A stretch of 64,000 bases of DNA from Clostridium sp. CAG:411 (GCA_000437275.1 FR899730.1:45534-109533); one strand, 5' to 3'; positions 8,041-18,941 are shown, numbered from the stretch's first letter. Notes: a model not told the origin generated them from the letters alone. Made by a program: numbers and translations.

Positions 8041-9291
8041 ATGAATGCAGATGTGAAATATTTGCTTTGTTTATTAAAGAGCGTTTTGTATAATGAGACG
8101 CCACCAGTTCCTACCGAAGAAAATGATTGGGATAATATTTTTGTAGCGGCAGGAGCTGGTGAGATTCTTACTTTATTATATAAAAAGATAGAAGAATTGC
8201 CGTTGGATAAACAACCAGATGCAGAAAAGATGATTTGGTTGAAAAATTTTAGCATGCAGACGGGAATGAAAAAATTACAATGCTATGATTTATTAGCACA
8301 ATTATTACAAGAAGCAGAAAAAAGAGACATAAAAGTGATTGTTTTTAAAGGTCCGATTTTAGCAACACTTTATCCAGAGCCGTTGCTTCGTAATTCTTGC
8401 GATTTGGACATTTATGTGGAACCAAAAGATGTAGCGGCTATGGAAAAGTTATTAGTTTCACTAGGCTATGAAAAGAATATCAAACATTCCAAAGAATGTG
8501 TGCCTGTATATGTTTATAGCAATATCCTTATGCTTGAGGTACATTGCAGATTATATGAAGATTATACAGGAAAACGAATTGATCTGTTAGAAGCCATGGA
8601 CTTGACGAGAGAGGACACCAGGATGCAGGTGAATGCCTGCGGGCTTGATGTTGTTACGTTAGGGTATGAGCAACAGCTCGTGTTTTTGATATTTCATTTA
8701 GCGAAGCATATTTCGTATAATGGTTGTACCCTAAAGACAATTGCAGATATTGTATTATATATCAATACATATATAAAGGATATTGATAAAGTCGCTTTTT
8801 GGAACAAAATGAAGCAGTTAAAATATGAGACATTTTGTAGAACGTTGTTTAGCATAGGCTGTTATTATTTCGGTATGACGAAAGAGATTTTTGTGGACAA
8901 TTCGTACAGTGAAAATATTGCAGTATCTATGATGCAGCAATTGTATTACACGGGAATATTAAAGTCAAATTTAGAAAAAAAGAAAGATGACCGAAGGGCG
9001 GCATCAATCGCATTTCAATCGGTGTATGGAAAGGAAGATAAGAAGGTCAGCAAGGGACGTATTTGGTTAAAAACCTTGTTTCCAAGCAGTAAAGATTTAT
9101 CGTTTCGATATATGTATGCCAGAAAACATCCTGCATTAGTGTGGGTTGCATGGATTCATCGTGCGTGTAACCAACTGACGATTCGTTTTGGAAATCAGGA
9201 TGTGGAACAGCTTAATATGGCTGTAGATGTAAAACTTGCCAACCAAAAATTATCTTTATTAAAGGATTTAGATTTAGCACGAAAAGATTAG
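8041..9291 (+). CDS. Uncharacterised nucleotidyltransferase-family protein (NTP_transf_5-like)
   Basis: This call rests on overall resemblance of the ~415-aa sequence (...IKVIVFKGPILATLYPEPLLRNSCDLDIYVEPKD...) to the NTP_transf_5 (PF14907) family, recalled from memory; I have not checked the catalytic motif. I put the start at the ATG at 8041, which has GGGGTGA upstream. Confidence 0.4.
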   Translation: MNADVKYLLCLLKSVLYNETPPVPTEENDWDNIFVAAGAGEILTLLYKKIEELPLDKQPDAEKMIWLKNFSMQTGMKKLQCYDLLAQLLQEAEKRDIKVIVFKGPILATLYPEPLLRNSCDLDIYVEPKDVAAMEKLLVSLGYEKNIKHSKECVPVYVYSNILMLEVHCRLYEDYTGKRIDLLEAMDLTREDTRMQVNACGLDVVTLGYEQQLVFLIFHLAKHISYNGCTLKTIADIVLYINTYIKDIDKVAFWNKMKQLKYETFCRTLFSIGCYYFGMTKEIFVDNSYSENIAVSMMQQLYYTGILKSNLEKKKDDRRAASIAFQSVYGKEDKKVSKGRIWLKTLFPSSKDLSFRYMYARKHPALVWVAWIHRACNQLTIRFGNQDVEQLNMAVDVKLANQKLSLLKDLDLARKD

Positions 9292-9303
9292 TGGAGGACA
9301 ATT

Positions 9304-10416
9304 ATGAAGATTGCTATGTTGGGACATAAGCGTATTCCATCCAGAGAAGGTGGAGTAGAAATTGTTGTGGAAGAGTTGACAACAAGAATGGCTGCATTGG
9401 GACATCAGGTTGTAGCATACAATCGAAAAGGAAAGCATGTATCGGATAAAAGTTGCACTACACTACAAAAAAAAGAATACAAAGGCGTAAAGATTGTACA
9501 GGTGCCTACTATAGATAAAAAGGGGTTGAATGCACTGATTTATTCTGTGTTGGCTAGTGTGCATGCTGTTTTTGGTAAGTATGATGTATTACATTATCAT
9601 GCGGAAGGATCATGTGCAATGATCTGGTTACCAAAACTATTTGGTATTCATACAGTAGCAACCATACATGGGTTGGATTGGCAACGGGCAAAGTGGGGAG
9701 GCTTTGCTACAAAATATTTGAAGTTTGGTGAAAAGATGGCTGCCAAAAAAGCAGATCAATTGATTGTATTGTCAAAAAATATGCAAAGATATTTTATGGA
9801 CACTTATGGAAGAGAGACCGTTTATATCCCAAATGGATTGACAATGCCAGAGAAAAAAGAGGTTTCTATTATTCGGGAACGCTTTAATTTGGAAAAAAAT
9901 TCATATATTCTTTTTTTGGCAAGGATTGTACCAGAGAAAGGTGTACACTATTTAATTAAAGCGTTTAAAAAGTGTAATACAGATAAGAAACTGGTAATTG
10001 CAGGTGGTTCCAGTCATTCTGCCGAATATTATCAGAAGATTGCACAATTTGCAAAAACAGATAGTCGCATTCTTATGACCGGATTTGTGCAGGGAGATGT
10101 ATTGGAAGAATTATATAGCAATTGTAGCTTATATGTATTGCCTAGTGACGTGGAAGGAATGCCAATTAGTCTTTTGGAAGCGATGGCTTATGGAAGGCGT
10201 TGCCTTGTAAGTGATATTCCTGAAAATATGGAATTAGCAGGCGAACATGCGGTTAGTTTTCAACAGGGAAATATAGAGGATTTACAGGAAAAATTACAGC
10301 AGTTAATAGAGCAGTCAGATACGGAACAAACGGAAAATACTACATATGTGGCAAATAACTTTAACTGGGATACTATCGTTGAAAAAACACTGAAATTATA
10401 TGAAAAAGGATGTTAA
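9304..10416 (+). CDS. Glycosyltransferase, family GT4 (GT-B fold)
   Basis: N-terminus MKIAMLGHKRIPSREGGVEIVVEEL plus the EX7E motif in EGMPISLLEAMAYGRRCLVSD. Confidence 0.75.
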   Translation: MKIAMLGHKRIPSREGGVEIVVEELTTRMAALGHQVVAYNRKGKHVSDKSCTTLQKKEYKGVKIVQVPTIDKKGLNALIYSVLASVHAVFGKYDVLHYHAEGSCAMIWLPKLFGIHTVATIHGLDWQRAKWGGFATKYLKFGEKMAAKKADQLIVLSKNMQRYFMDTYGRETVYIPNGLTMPEKKEVSIIRERFNLEKNSYILFLARIVPEKGVHYLIKAFKKCNTDKKLVIAGGSSHSAEYYQKIAQFAKTDSRILMTGFVQGDVLEELYSNCSLYVLPSDVEGMPISLLEAMAYGRRCLVSDIPENMELAGEHAVSFQQGNIEDLQEKLQQLIEQSDTEQTENTTYVANNFNWDTIVEKTLKLYEKGC

Positions 10417-10420
10417 TGGA

Positions 10421-11503
10421 ATGAAAATTGGAATTATAACGCATCATTATATAAAAAACTATGGAGCTTTTTTACAAACGTATGCATTACAACAATATCT
10501 GGAGGAAACGTATCCAGAGGCAGAAGTAGTGATTGTGAATTATGTGAATCGAAAACATCAGATTATTAATATAGGTGGTTGTTTTCGATTCTTTTGGAGA
10601 AAAGAATCCTTCCTAGCGTATTTGGAGAAAATAAAAATTCCAAGAACATTTTCAAAGGCTGAAAAAGAATATCTTCATATTACAAAAAAGGTGAAAAATG
10701 CAGAGGAAATTAACCAATTGGGATTGGATGTAATCCTTATTGGAAGCGATGAAGTGTGGCATTATGAGGATAAAGCCGCTTCACCTATTAAATTTGCAGT
10801 AGGACTTTCTGCAAAGCAAATAGCATCTTATGCACCAAGCTGTGGCAGCGTAAATCTGAAACATCCTATTCCTGAATATGTGCGAGAGGGACTACATAGG
10901 TTTACACATATTTCTGCCAGAGATGATGTATCGGAACGACTGGTACAAAAGGTCTTAGGATATAAACCTGTGCGTGTATTAGATCCTACACTACTATATG
11001 ATTTTCCTGTTTATGAGGATGATTTTACGAGAAAATTAGAAAAGGAAAAATATATTTTGATGTATTTTTGTGACAAGCTTCCAGAAGCTGGAATAGAAGT
11101 TATCAAAAAATATGCCAAAGAAAATAATCTGAAAATATATGGAGCAGGGGAGTATGCAAAATATTATTCTGCGGTTACTATCAATGTATCCCCTTTTCAA
11201 TGGGTAGAAATGTTTCGTCATGCACAATTCGTTTTTACAGGGACCTTTCATGGTGCTGTCTTTTCGCTGATTACACAGCGAAATTTCGCAGCATTTTTAA
11301 CGAATCCAAGCAGAATAAAAAAAGTAAATTCGTTGCTTGCGCAATTTGAAATGGCAGAGCGGATTTTTGAGGATGGAGAATGGACAAAGATGGAAGCGTT
11401 ATTAGATACGCCAATTGATTATTCCTCCTTTCAAGAAAAAAAAGAAAAAATAAGACAGTCAAGTTACGAGTATTTAAGACAAGTGGTAGCAGAGCAGAAT
11501 TAG
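10421..11503 (+). CDS. Polysaccharide pyruvyl transferase (CsaB/WcaK family)
   Basis: MKIGIITHHYIKNYGAFLQTYALQQYL followed by IGSDEVWHY. I put the start at the ATG at 10421, just after the upstream stop. Confidence 0.7.
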   Translation: MKIGIITHHYIKNYGAFLQTYALQQYLEETYPEAEVVIVNYVNRKHQIINIGGCFRFFWRKESFLAYLEKIKIPRTFSKAEKEYLHITKKVKNAEEINQLGLDVILIGSDEVWHYEDKAASPIKFAVGLSAKQIASYAPSCGSVNLKHPIPEYVREGLHRFTHISARDDVSERLVQKVLGYKPVRVLDPTLLYDFPVYEDDFTRKLEKEKYILMYFCDKLPEAGIEVIKKYAKENNLKIYGAGEYAKYYSAVTINVSPFQWVEMFRHAQFVFTGTFHGAVFSLITQRNFAAFLTNPSRIKKVNSLLAQFEMAERIFEDGEWTKMEALLDTPIDYSSFQEKKEKIRQSSYEYLRQVVAEQN

Positions 11504-11526
11504 GATGATAATGGAGTGTGAAAGAG

Positions 11527-12429
11527 ATGGGTAAGCATGCTTATTTAATAATGGCACATAACAACTTTTCACTGTTGCAAAAAGAGTTGATGCTGTTAGA
11601 TGATGAGAGAAATGATATATTTATTCACATTGACAAAAATACAAAAGATGTGGATTTTGCGTACATTATGAAAAAAGTACGCTATTCGCAGGTATTTTTT
11701 ATACCGAGAATGAAGATTAAATGGGGAGGGTACTCTATCGCACAGTGTACCATTAATTTATTAAAAGCCGCTATGAAGGAAGGAAGCTATCAGTATTATC
11801 ATTTGTTATCAGGGGCAGATTTGCCCATCAAGACACAGGATGAGATTCACGAATTTTTTCAAAGAGAAGATGGAAAAGAATTTGTATCATTCGATCAAAT
11901 ACAACCTAGAGAACAGGACATCAGACGAGTGAAACGGTACTATTTTTTTCAGGACCGATATGGAAGAGAATATAAACGGGGAAAATATTTTTTCCTTTAT
12001 TTGATAGATATGATTTCACTAAAGGTACAAGATTTTTTTAAGGTGGATCGTTTTAAAGGGCAACAGATTGAGTTACAGAAAGGACCAGAATGGTTTAGCA
12101 TTACACATCAGTTAGCGAAGCTTGTGGTAGAACGGGAAGAATGGATCCGAAAACAGTTTATTCATACAAGATGTTGCGATGAGGTATTTATTCAGACCGT
12201 TGTCAATAATTCAGAAAGAAAAGCTTATTTATATCAGAATGGATTAACAAGGGAAGTGCCTGCCTGTCTTAGAAAAATTGATTGGGGAAGAGGAAAGCCT
12301 TATACATGGACGGTAAAGGAATATGAGGAACTTATAAATTCTAAATGCTTGTTTGCCAGAAAGTTTGATCCTTCTGTGGATGAAGAAATTATTTCAAAAT
12401 TGATGGAACATCTTACACAATCGGTGTAA
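11527..12429 (+). CDS. Glycosyltransferase family 14-like (Core-2/I-branching beta-1,6-GlcNAc-transferase family)
   Basis: AYLIMAHNNFSLLQKELMLLDDERNDIFIHIDKNTKD matches the Branch-family N-terminal signature. The product is soluble. Confidence 0.5.
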   Translation: MGKHAYLIMAHNNFSLLQKELMLLDDERNDIFIHIDKNTKDVDFAYIMKKVRYSQVFFIPRMKIKWGGYSIAQCTINLLKAAMKEGSYQYYHLLSGADLPIKTQDEIHEFFQREDGKEFVSFDQIQPREQDIRRVKRYYFFQDRYGREYKRGKYFFLYLIDMISLKVQDFFKVDRFKGQQIELQKGPEWFSITHQLAKLVVEREEWIRKQFIHTRCCDEVFIQTVVNNSERKAYLYQNGLTREVPACLRKIDWGRGKPYTWTVKEYEELINSKCLFARKFDPSVDEEIISKLMEHLTQSV

Positions 12430-12466
12430 GAAAGGATAGTGTTATTTTTAGGAAAGGTGTGAAAAT

Positions 12467-13630
12467 ATGTTAAAATTAGACGCAAAGTTTACAAAAATAA
12501 CGTTTACTCTTTTTGCACTTTCCTGGTTTGTAGGCGATTATACAGGAAACTGGCATGATGATTACAAATACTTACTGTGGATATTGTCGTTAGTATTAGG
12601 TCTTATGCCATTGATTTATTATGCGGTTGGATATAAAAAGGATTCCAAGAAAATAAAATGGGATACTTATACATTCAAGTACGTGACATTGGTTGTAGTG
12701 GTATTTGCTTTGGTTTCTATTTGTGCGATTCCTTTTAATGGGCATCATTTATTTATGTGGAAAGATTTGTTTTATATATTTATGCCTGGGCTTTATATAT
12801 TGGCAATCGTTAATTTAGATGACAGTGACAATTTTGACTACTATATTGACTTGATATTTTGGGGATTTGTAGCGAATTTTATTCTGATTGCAAAACCGTC
12901 CTCATTTACGTTATCAAACTTTTTAAGTATCTCATTTGCAGATTCCTATTCTCCTTGGGAATCGGGGTTGGCGGATGTGTATATCGTCTGTTTTGTGTAT
13001 TATTATGCAAGAAAGAAGAAATTACACTATATCATAGCAGCTATTTTAAATATTCTATCGTTTAAACGTTTAAATCTGGTTTTTATGGCCATTTATATTC
13101 TCATTGAACGTCTACTGAAGGATAAACCTGTAAGTAAAGCAGTAGAATTGCTTGCAAAAGCGGCACTGATTATTTCGCCATTGCTTATCTATGCGGCTAT
13201 GTCAGATAGTTTTGCAGCTTGGTTTGAAAATCAATTCGGTATGGATTTGAATGGTTTTACTATGGGACGTTTTAACCAGTTAAATCAAATTTGTGATTTG
13301 GATGCGAATATGACTGGTCTTGGGATGACCCATTATATGCTGATTAAGATTGACTTTGATATTCACAGGTTGCATTGTGATATTATGCGAATTTTGATTG
13401 AGACTACGGTTGTTGGTTTAGTAGTATTCGTAAATTCTTATATAAACATAGCGAAAAGAAATCAAAAAGGTTTTGCACTTATGGTATTTTTCTTAATCGT
13501 GATGGTTTCGTCTACTTGTATAGAAAATACACTTTATTGGTTATTGATTTTCTTGGTAATAGAGAGTTTTCAACGGATAGCAAAGAGAAGAGAGGAAAGA
13601 GAAAATGGAGAATGTCCTGCCAATCGTTAG
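12467..13630 (+). CDS. Polytopic membrane protein; candidate Wzy-type repeat-unit polymerase / O-antigen-ligase-like protein
   Basis: About 10 predicted TM helices with no soluble catalytic domain. It is the only such protein in the Wzx-containing block. I could not find a diagnostic motif. Confidence 0.4.
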   Translation: MLKLDAKFTKITFTLFALSWFVGDYTGNWHDDYKYLLWILSLVLGLMPLIYYAVGYKKDSKKIKWDTYTFKYVTLVVVVFALVSICAIPFNGHHLFMWKDLFYIFMPGLYILAIVNLDDSDNFDYYIDLIFWGFVANFILIAKPSSFTLSNFLSISFADSYSPWESGLADVYIVCFVYYYARKKKLHYIIAAILNILSFKRLNLVFMAIYILIERLLKDKPVSKAVELLAKAALIISPLLIYAAMSDSFAAWFENQFGMDLNGFTMGRFNQLNQICDLDANMTGLGMTHYMLIKIDFDIHRLHCDIMRILIETTVVGLVVFVNSYINIAKRNQKGFALMVFFLIVMVSSTCIENTLYWLLIFLVIESFQRIAKRREERENGECPANR

Positions 13631-14591
13631 TATTATAGTGCCTATTTATAATGGAGAAAAGACATTGTATCGATGTGTCAAAAGCATTATGGAACAAAAG
13701 TTTACAGAATATGAACTGCTTTTGATCAATGATGGTTCCGCAGATAGAAGTCTGGAAATTTGTCACGAATTAGAGAAAAGCGATAAGAGAATCCGTGTAA
13801 TGGATAAAGCAAATGAAGGTGTTTCGGCTACTAGGAATTTTGGAATAAAAAAAGCACGAGGAAAATATATCCAGTTTGTGGATTGTGATGATTACGTGGC
13901 AAAAGATTATTTAGATTGTTTAGTAAAGGCTCTAGAAAAAGAACAGGCAGATCTTGTCATTGCAGGATATACCAGACATAAAAATGGAAAAGTTACAAAA
14001 AGAGTGCCACAGCCACTCACGTTTGAAAATTTGAATGCATTTTCAAAAGAGTTTTTCAATCTATATAACCAATGGTTCTTAAATACGCCTTGGAATAAGC
14101 TATATCGGAAAGAAAAAATTGTGGATAAATTCCCTTTGAATATGTCGTTGGGAGAAGATTTACTATTTAATTTGCATTATTTGAGATATTGTGAGAAAAT
14201 AACTGTAATAGACCACGCAGGTTATCAGTACTGTATTGAAAATGAAAATTCACTGGCAATTCAATATAGAAAGGATAAATTTGAAAATTCTATGTTATTG
14301 CATGAAAAGGTGCTGGCTTTTTCAAAAGAAGTATTAGGTTTGAACGAGGAAGAGCAGTGGAATGACATAACTTTTTTAAAAGAAATCCGCTTTTCTATGA
14401 AGCATTTGGTTCGCTCTAGTACAATATCTAAAAAAGAAAAGAAAAAGCAGATAAAGGCTTGGCTTCAAATAAAAGAAGTGAAGGCTGCGTATGGGCGATG
14501 TAAACAGTTATCAAAACCAGACCGCTTGCTAAAGGTTTTGATAGAGCAGGAATGGGTGGAGTTTATTTATATACTATTATCCATCCTATAA
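13605..14591 (+). CDS. Glycosyltransferase family 2 (GT-A fold)
   Basis: VSIIVPIYNGEKTLYRCVKSIMEQ...LLLINDGSADRS...VDCDDYV gives the DxD motif. Confidence 0.8.
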   Translation: MENVLPIVSIIVPIYNGEKTLYRCVKSIMEQKFTEYELLLINDGSADRSLEICHELEKSDKRIRVMDKANEGVSATRNFGIKKARGKYIQFVDCDDYVAKDYLDCLVKALEKEQADLVIAGYTRHKNGKVTKRVPQPLTFENLNAFSKEFFNLYNQWFLNTPWNKLYRKEKIVDKFPLNMSLGEDLLFNLHYLRYCEKITVIDHAGYQYCIENENSLAIQYRKDKFENSMLLHEKVLAFSKEVLGLNEEEQWNDITFLKEIRFSMKHLVRSSTISKKEKKKQIKAWLQIKEVKAAYGRCKQLSKPDRLLKVLIEQEWVEFIYILLSIL

Positions 14592-14659
14592 AGGAAAAAA
14601 TGTTTTGAGAGAACAAAGTTCTTATAGTGCAGAGAAAAGATAGAATTTGGAGGAATAGA

Positions 14660-15682
14660 ATGATGAAACAAGCAAAAGACAGGGAGAGATGGATCGATTA
14701 TATAAAAGCAGTAGCGTGTTTGTCTGTCTTGACATTTCATGTAATTTATGGATTACAGAATGCGGGTTTGCCGTGTGGAAGCTTTTTAGCAGGAGTAAAG
14801 CTGCTTTGTGGCATTTTCCAAATTCCTGCGTTTATGTTTGCCAGTGGTTATTTATTTGGGAGAAAACCCATGGGAAATTACTTTCATTTTCAAGGAAGAA
14901 AAATAGTAAATTTGGGTGTTCCTTATATTGTATTTTCGATTGTCTATTATGTTATCAATGTAACATTTAGCTCATCTGTCAATTTTTCTTATACACCAAA
15001 AGACCTGTTAAAAATTTACATAACACCAATTGCTCAGTATTGGTATCTTTTGGCAACGTTACTTATTTTTCTATTTTTACCAATTTTAGAAAAACTAATA
15101 AAAAATGAATGTATGGTATTGGCATTTCTGGTGGCTTGGAAGATTGTAAATACCTATCGATTATCCTTGACAAATTATGATTACTATTTTGCACAGTATG
15201 CAATGTATTTCTATTTGGGAACATTATATTGCAGGCATCATGACAAGTTATCCCTAAAGAACGAGAAGATACAAAATACATTGGTTGTTTTACTTGGATT
15301 TTTGGCACTCTTTGTATCTTTATATCAGTTTGATTGGGGAGAAATGTATTCTGTTGTTGAATTTTTTATGGCGGTAGTATCGATTTATCTGCTGGTCTGT
15401 TTCTTTGAGGGACAGAAGGATATACAGAAGAATCCATTCCTTGATGTCGTTGCAAAATATTCTTTTCAAATTTATCTGTTGCACACCATGGTTACGGCAG
15501 CAGTGAGAATTTTATTATGTAAAATAGGAATTGTTTCACAAATCCCACAATTTATATTCGGATGGGGATTGGGACTTGGCATTACACTTTTGGTTGCCTG
15601 GGTATGTGAGAAAACAATTCTTTTGAATATTTTCTTTTTCCCAGAGAGGACTATAAAAATCATAAAGAATAGAAAAAAGTAG
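14660..15682 (+). CDS. Acyltransferase family 3 (OatA-like O-acyltransferase, membrane)
   Basis: RERWIDYIKAVACLSVLTFHV has the conserved H, and the protein has about 10 TM helices. I put the start at the ATGATG at 14660, which has GGAGGA upstream. Confidence 0.7.
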   Translation: MMKQAKDRERWIDYIKAVACLSVLTFHVIYGLQNAGLPCGSFLAGVKLLCGIFQIPAFMFASGYLFGRKPMGNYFHFQGRKIVNLGVPYIVFSIVYYVINVTFSSSVNFSYTPKDLLKIYITPIAQYWYLLATLLIFLFLPILEKLIKNECMVLAFLVAWKIVNTYRLSLTNYDYYFAQYAMYFYLGTLYCRHHDKLSLKNEKIQNTLVVLLGFLALFVSLYQFDWGEMYSVVEFFMAVVSIYLLVCFFEGQKDIQKNPFLDVVAKYSFQIYLLHTMVTAAVRILLCKIGIVSQIPQFIFGWGLGLGITLLVAWVCEKTILLNIFFFPERTIKIIKNRKK

Positions 15683-15726
15683 GAAACGAGTAAACTGTGT
15701 AGAGAAAAGAGAACGGAGGAAGTGAA

Positions 15727-16788
15727 ATGAGCACAGCAAAAAGGATAGAGTGGATTGACGTAGCGAAAGGATTGGGACTGTTTTTGGTTGTAGTCGGTCA
15801 CGCTATGACTACACCCATACGAGATGCTTCTTTTTTATGTTATGCAATCTATACTGCCATTTACTTCTTTCATATGCCATTTATGTTTTATCTGTCTGGC
15901 AGAACCTTTGGGATGGCAGAAAAACGATATGCTTCTATGAATACAGGGGTGTTTATAGGAAAGAAAGCAAAGCAATTACTTGTTCCCTATGTAGTTTATG
16001 GCATTCTTGTGTATTTGATTTTTGCATTGGCAAATAGTGTGCCAAAGCTAAATCAAATTTTGGAAGATGCAGGGTATGGAAAACAATCTATATTTGCTTG
16101 GGGATATGGTACCTTGATTGGAGACAATCTGTACGCATATCACTTGTGGTTTATTTATGGGTTATTTTTAGCAACTATCTTTTCTTATTTGATGGGAAAA
16201 TATATAAAAAACAGTAAATGGGTGTTGTTTATAATTGCTATTCTTTTCTTAGTGATACGGGTATATGTAAATACCAGCTATTGGGGAATTGCAAATCTGG
16301 TTATGAAATGTTACTTATGGTTTGTGGTAGGAACTTATTTTGATTTTTCAAAAGTGGTTGGAAAGTTATGGAGCATTCTCTGGCAAGTTTTTTCCTTGAT
16401 ATATTTGTTTTTCATAGCAAGCAATATTAATGGTTGGAATGGATATAGTGGCACGCTCTTGTATGAAATGATAAAATGGATTGCAGATGTAGGTCTTCTG
16501 ATACTTTTTGTGAATCTTGCACTTTGGTTAAAAGGGTTGGTTAAAGGATTTTTTTCCTATACGGGAAAGCGTTCTTATGGTATTTATTTATTTCATCAGC
16601 CATTTTTTGCCTCAGGAGGAGGACTGGTATTATATAAAGTCATGGGAATTCCATTGATTATAACGGTACCTTTCACAATCCTTATGTGTTATCTGTTCCC
16701 TGTTTTGTTTTTAAAGCTTCTAGATACAAAATATGGAAAGGATTTAAAACCTTATCTATTAGGAACACCAAGAAAGGAACGAGGATAA
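15727..16788 (+). CDS. Acyltransferase family 3 (membrane O-acyltransferase)
   Basis: RIEWIDVAKGLGLFLVVVGHAM, in a polytopic protein. Confidence 0.7.
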   Translation: MSTAKRIEWIDVAKGLGLFLVVVGHAMTTPIRDASFLCYAIYTAIYFFHMPFMFYLSGRTFGMAEKRYASMNTGVFIGKKAKQLLVPYVVYGILVYLIFALANSVPKLNQILEDAGYGKQSIFAWGYGTLIGDNLYAYHLWFIYGLFLATIFSYLMGKYIKNSKWVLFIIAILFLVIRVYVNTSYWGIANLVMKCYLWFVVGTYFDFSKVVGKLWSILWQVFSLIYLFFIASNINGWNGYSGTLLYEMIKWIADVGLLILFVNLALWLKGLVKGFFSYTGKRSYGIYLFHQPFFASGGGLVLYKVMGIPLIITVPFTILMCYLFPVLFLKLLDTKYGKDLKPYLLGTPRKERG

Positions 16789-16789
16789 T

Positions 16790-17788
16790 ATGAAAGTATC
16801 TGTAATTATACCTGTTTATAAAGCGGAGAAATATTTGGCAGTATGTGTAGATTCTGTTTTACAACAAACCTATAAAGATTTAGAGGTTATTTTAGTGGAG
16901 GATGGTTCACCGGATCAATGTGGACAAATTTGTGATGAATATGCAAAAAATGACTCCAGAGTAAAAGTAATTCACAAAGAGAATCAGGGTGTTTCTATGG
17001 CAAGAAATACAGGACTGGAGCTTGCTACTGGGGAATATGTACAGTTTGTGGATAGTGATGACTATTTAGATATACATATGATTGAAACGTTAGTAAATGC
17101 ATTAGAAGAGAGTGAAGCAGATTTAGTATTATGTGGGCTTTACGAAAAAAACCTTAATTTCGACAGGGTTTCAAAAGCGGAGGAAGATGCAGGTGTTTAT
17201 GAAAAAACACAATTTTTAAAAGGAATTATGAAAAATCCCTATTCGTTTCATTATGGTGTATTGTGGAATAAATTATTTAAGCGTGAAATAATAGGAAACC
17301 TTCGTTTTTTAGCAGATATGGATTTTGGAGAAGATTTTATTTTTAATCTGCATTATTTTGGTTGTTGTCATACAATCAGAGTTATTGATGAGCCATTGTA
17401 TTATTATATCCGTTATAATATGGATTCACTTATGTATATTCAGGCTGAGGGAAAGCGTGAATTTAGTAGCTATTTACGATACTTAGAAAAGCGATTGCTG
17501 TTATTTGAGAGATATCAGAATTTTTATAAAGAACAGGGACTATACGAAGCCTATGCCAATCAGGTGAATGAATATCTGTTAAAAGTGTATGTGTCTGAAA
17601 AAATTGAAATAAAGAGAAGGCATATGACAAAACAAGAGAAGAAACAGTGTCTTGCCCTCTTAAATGAAAATAAACAGGTAAAAGCCTTAAAACAAGAAAT
17701 GGCACCTGCTTATTATAGAAAAAAAGTATTAAAATTTCGGTTGGCTAAATATAAGGTTATATTGCGGGATACATTTGTAAAGAATTAA
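16790..17788 (+). CDS. Glycosyltransferase family 2
   Basis: VSVIIPVYKAEKYL...LEVILVEDGSPD...VDSDDYL. Confidence 0.8.
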   Translation: MKVSVIIPVYKAEKYLAVCVDSVLQQTYKDLEVILVEDGSPDQCGQICDEYAKNDSRVKVIHKENQGVSMARNTGLELATGEYVQFVDSDDYLDIHMIETLVNALEESEADLVLCGLYEKNLNFDRVSKAEEDAGVYEKTQFLKGIMKNPYSFHYGVLWNKLFKREIIGNLRFLADMDFGEDFIFNLHYFGCCHTIRVIDEPLYYYIRYNMDSLMYIQAEGKREFSSYLRYLEKRLLLFERYQNFYKEQGLYEAYANQVNEYLLKVYVSEKIEIKRRHMTKQEKKQCLALLNENKQVKALKQEMAPAYYRKKVLKFRLAKYKVILRDTFVKN

Positions 17789-17838
17789 ACGTAAAAGGAT
17801 AATGAAAAAGGACCTTTAGGATAGAAGGAGGCAATTGC

Positions 17839-18879
17839 GTGAAGCAGGTTACATTGAGTGTTATTGTACCAGTGTTCAATGGAGAGGCGTATATTGATCG
17901 TGCGATGAAGGGAATTTTGTCCCAAACTCTGCATGAATTGGAAGTTATTGTAGTAAATGATGGTTCTACGGATTGCAGTTTACAAAAATTGAAAAAATGG
18001 AGCGAACAGGATGCAAGAGTAATTCTTGTGGATAAAGAAAATGAAGGGGTTTCCATTGCCAGAAATTTAGGAATGAGCAAAGCTTCTGGTAAGTATCTGA
18101 CATTTTTGGATGTGGATGATTATTTAGAACCAGATGCCTATGAAAGAATGGTAGACAGCTTGGAAAAAAGTGGTAGTCAAGCTGCATTATGTTCCTTTTT
18201 TTCAGAATATAAAGATGAGATAGAACAGGTACTACTTCCATGGAAAACAGGAACAGTGCTTACGAAAAAAGAAATTTGGGAACAGCTAATTCCTTGGATG
18301 ATAAAGGTATATCCAGAGGATGGAATTTCTACAAACATTTTTGGTTCTGTGTGGAGACTTTGTGTAAGTCAAGAAGCATGGAAAATGGCAGGCGTAGAGT
18401 TTGACCCTAAGTTACATATTGCGGAAGATTTTGACTTTTGTATTCGATTATACAGTAAACTGGAAAAGATAAGCATTATAAAGGAATCCTTATATCATTA
18501 CATTCGCTGGGAGAATACCACACTTGCTGTTTATCGCAAAAATCAATTTCAAGAGGGAATTGACAATCAGATGCGATTGAAACATTTTTTAGAAGAAGAA
18601 GGAAAGTATGAGCAGTTAAAGAGGAGGTTTGTAGGTAGTTACGTGGATGTATGTATTGGTAGTTTGGTAAATTTTGCGCGTCCGGGAGCACCGCCTAAAA
18701 AGCAGGTGCGAAAAGAACTTAAATCTGTGGTGGAGCAGATTGCAACAAGTCCACTGCAAAGCGAATTTTCCAAACAGCCTCTTACGAGAAATCAAAAATT
18801 AGTTTTATGGCTTATCAAGAGAAAATGGGTGCGTTTGATTTTATTATTGACAGAGATTAGACAGAAAAGAAAAGGATAA
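17839..18879 (+). CDS. Glycosyltransferase family 2
   Basis: LSVIVPVFNGEAYI...LEVIVVNDGSTD...LDVDDYL. The gene has a GTG start with GAAGGAGG as RBS. Confidence 0.8.
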   Translation: MKQVTLSVIVPVFNGEAYIDRAMKGILSQTLHELEVIVVNDGSTDCSLQKLKKWSEQDARVILVDKENEGVSIARNLGMSKASGKYLTFLDVDDYLEPDAYERMVDSLEKSGSQAALCSFFSEYKDEIEQVLLPWKTGTVLTKKEIWEQLIPWMIKVYPEDGISTNIFGSVWRLCVSQEAWKMAGVEFDPKLHIAEDFDFCIRLYSKLEKISIIKESLYHYIRWENTTLAVYRKNQFQEGIDNQMRLKHFLEEEGKYEQLKRRFVGSYVDVCIGSLVNFARPGAPPKKQVRKELKSVVEQIATSPLQSEFSKQPLTRNQKLVLWLIKRKWVRLILLLTEIRQKRKG

Positions 18880-18941
18880 AGGGAACAGGTTACTTTTGTC
18901 TGGATTATTATGGATAAAATAAGTAGATAGGATGGTGTTAT

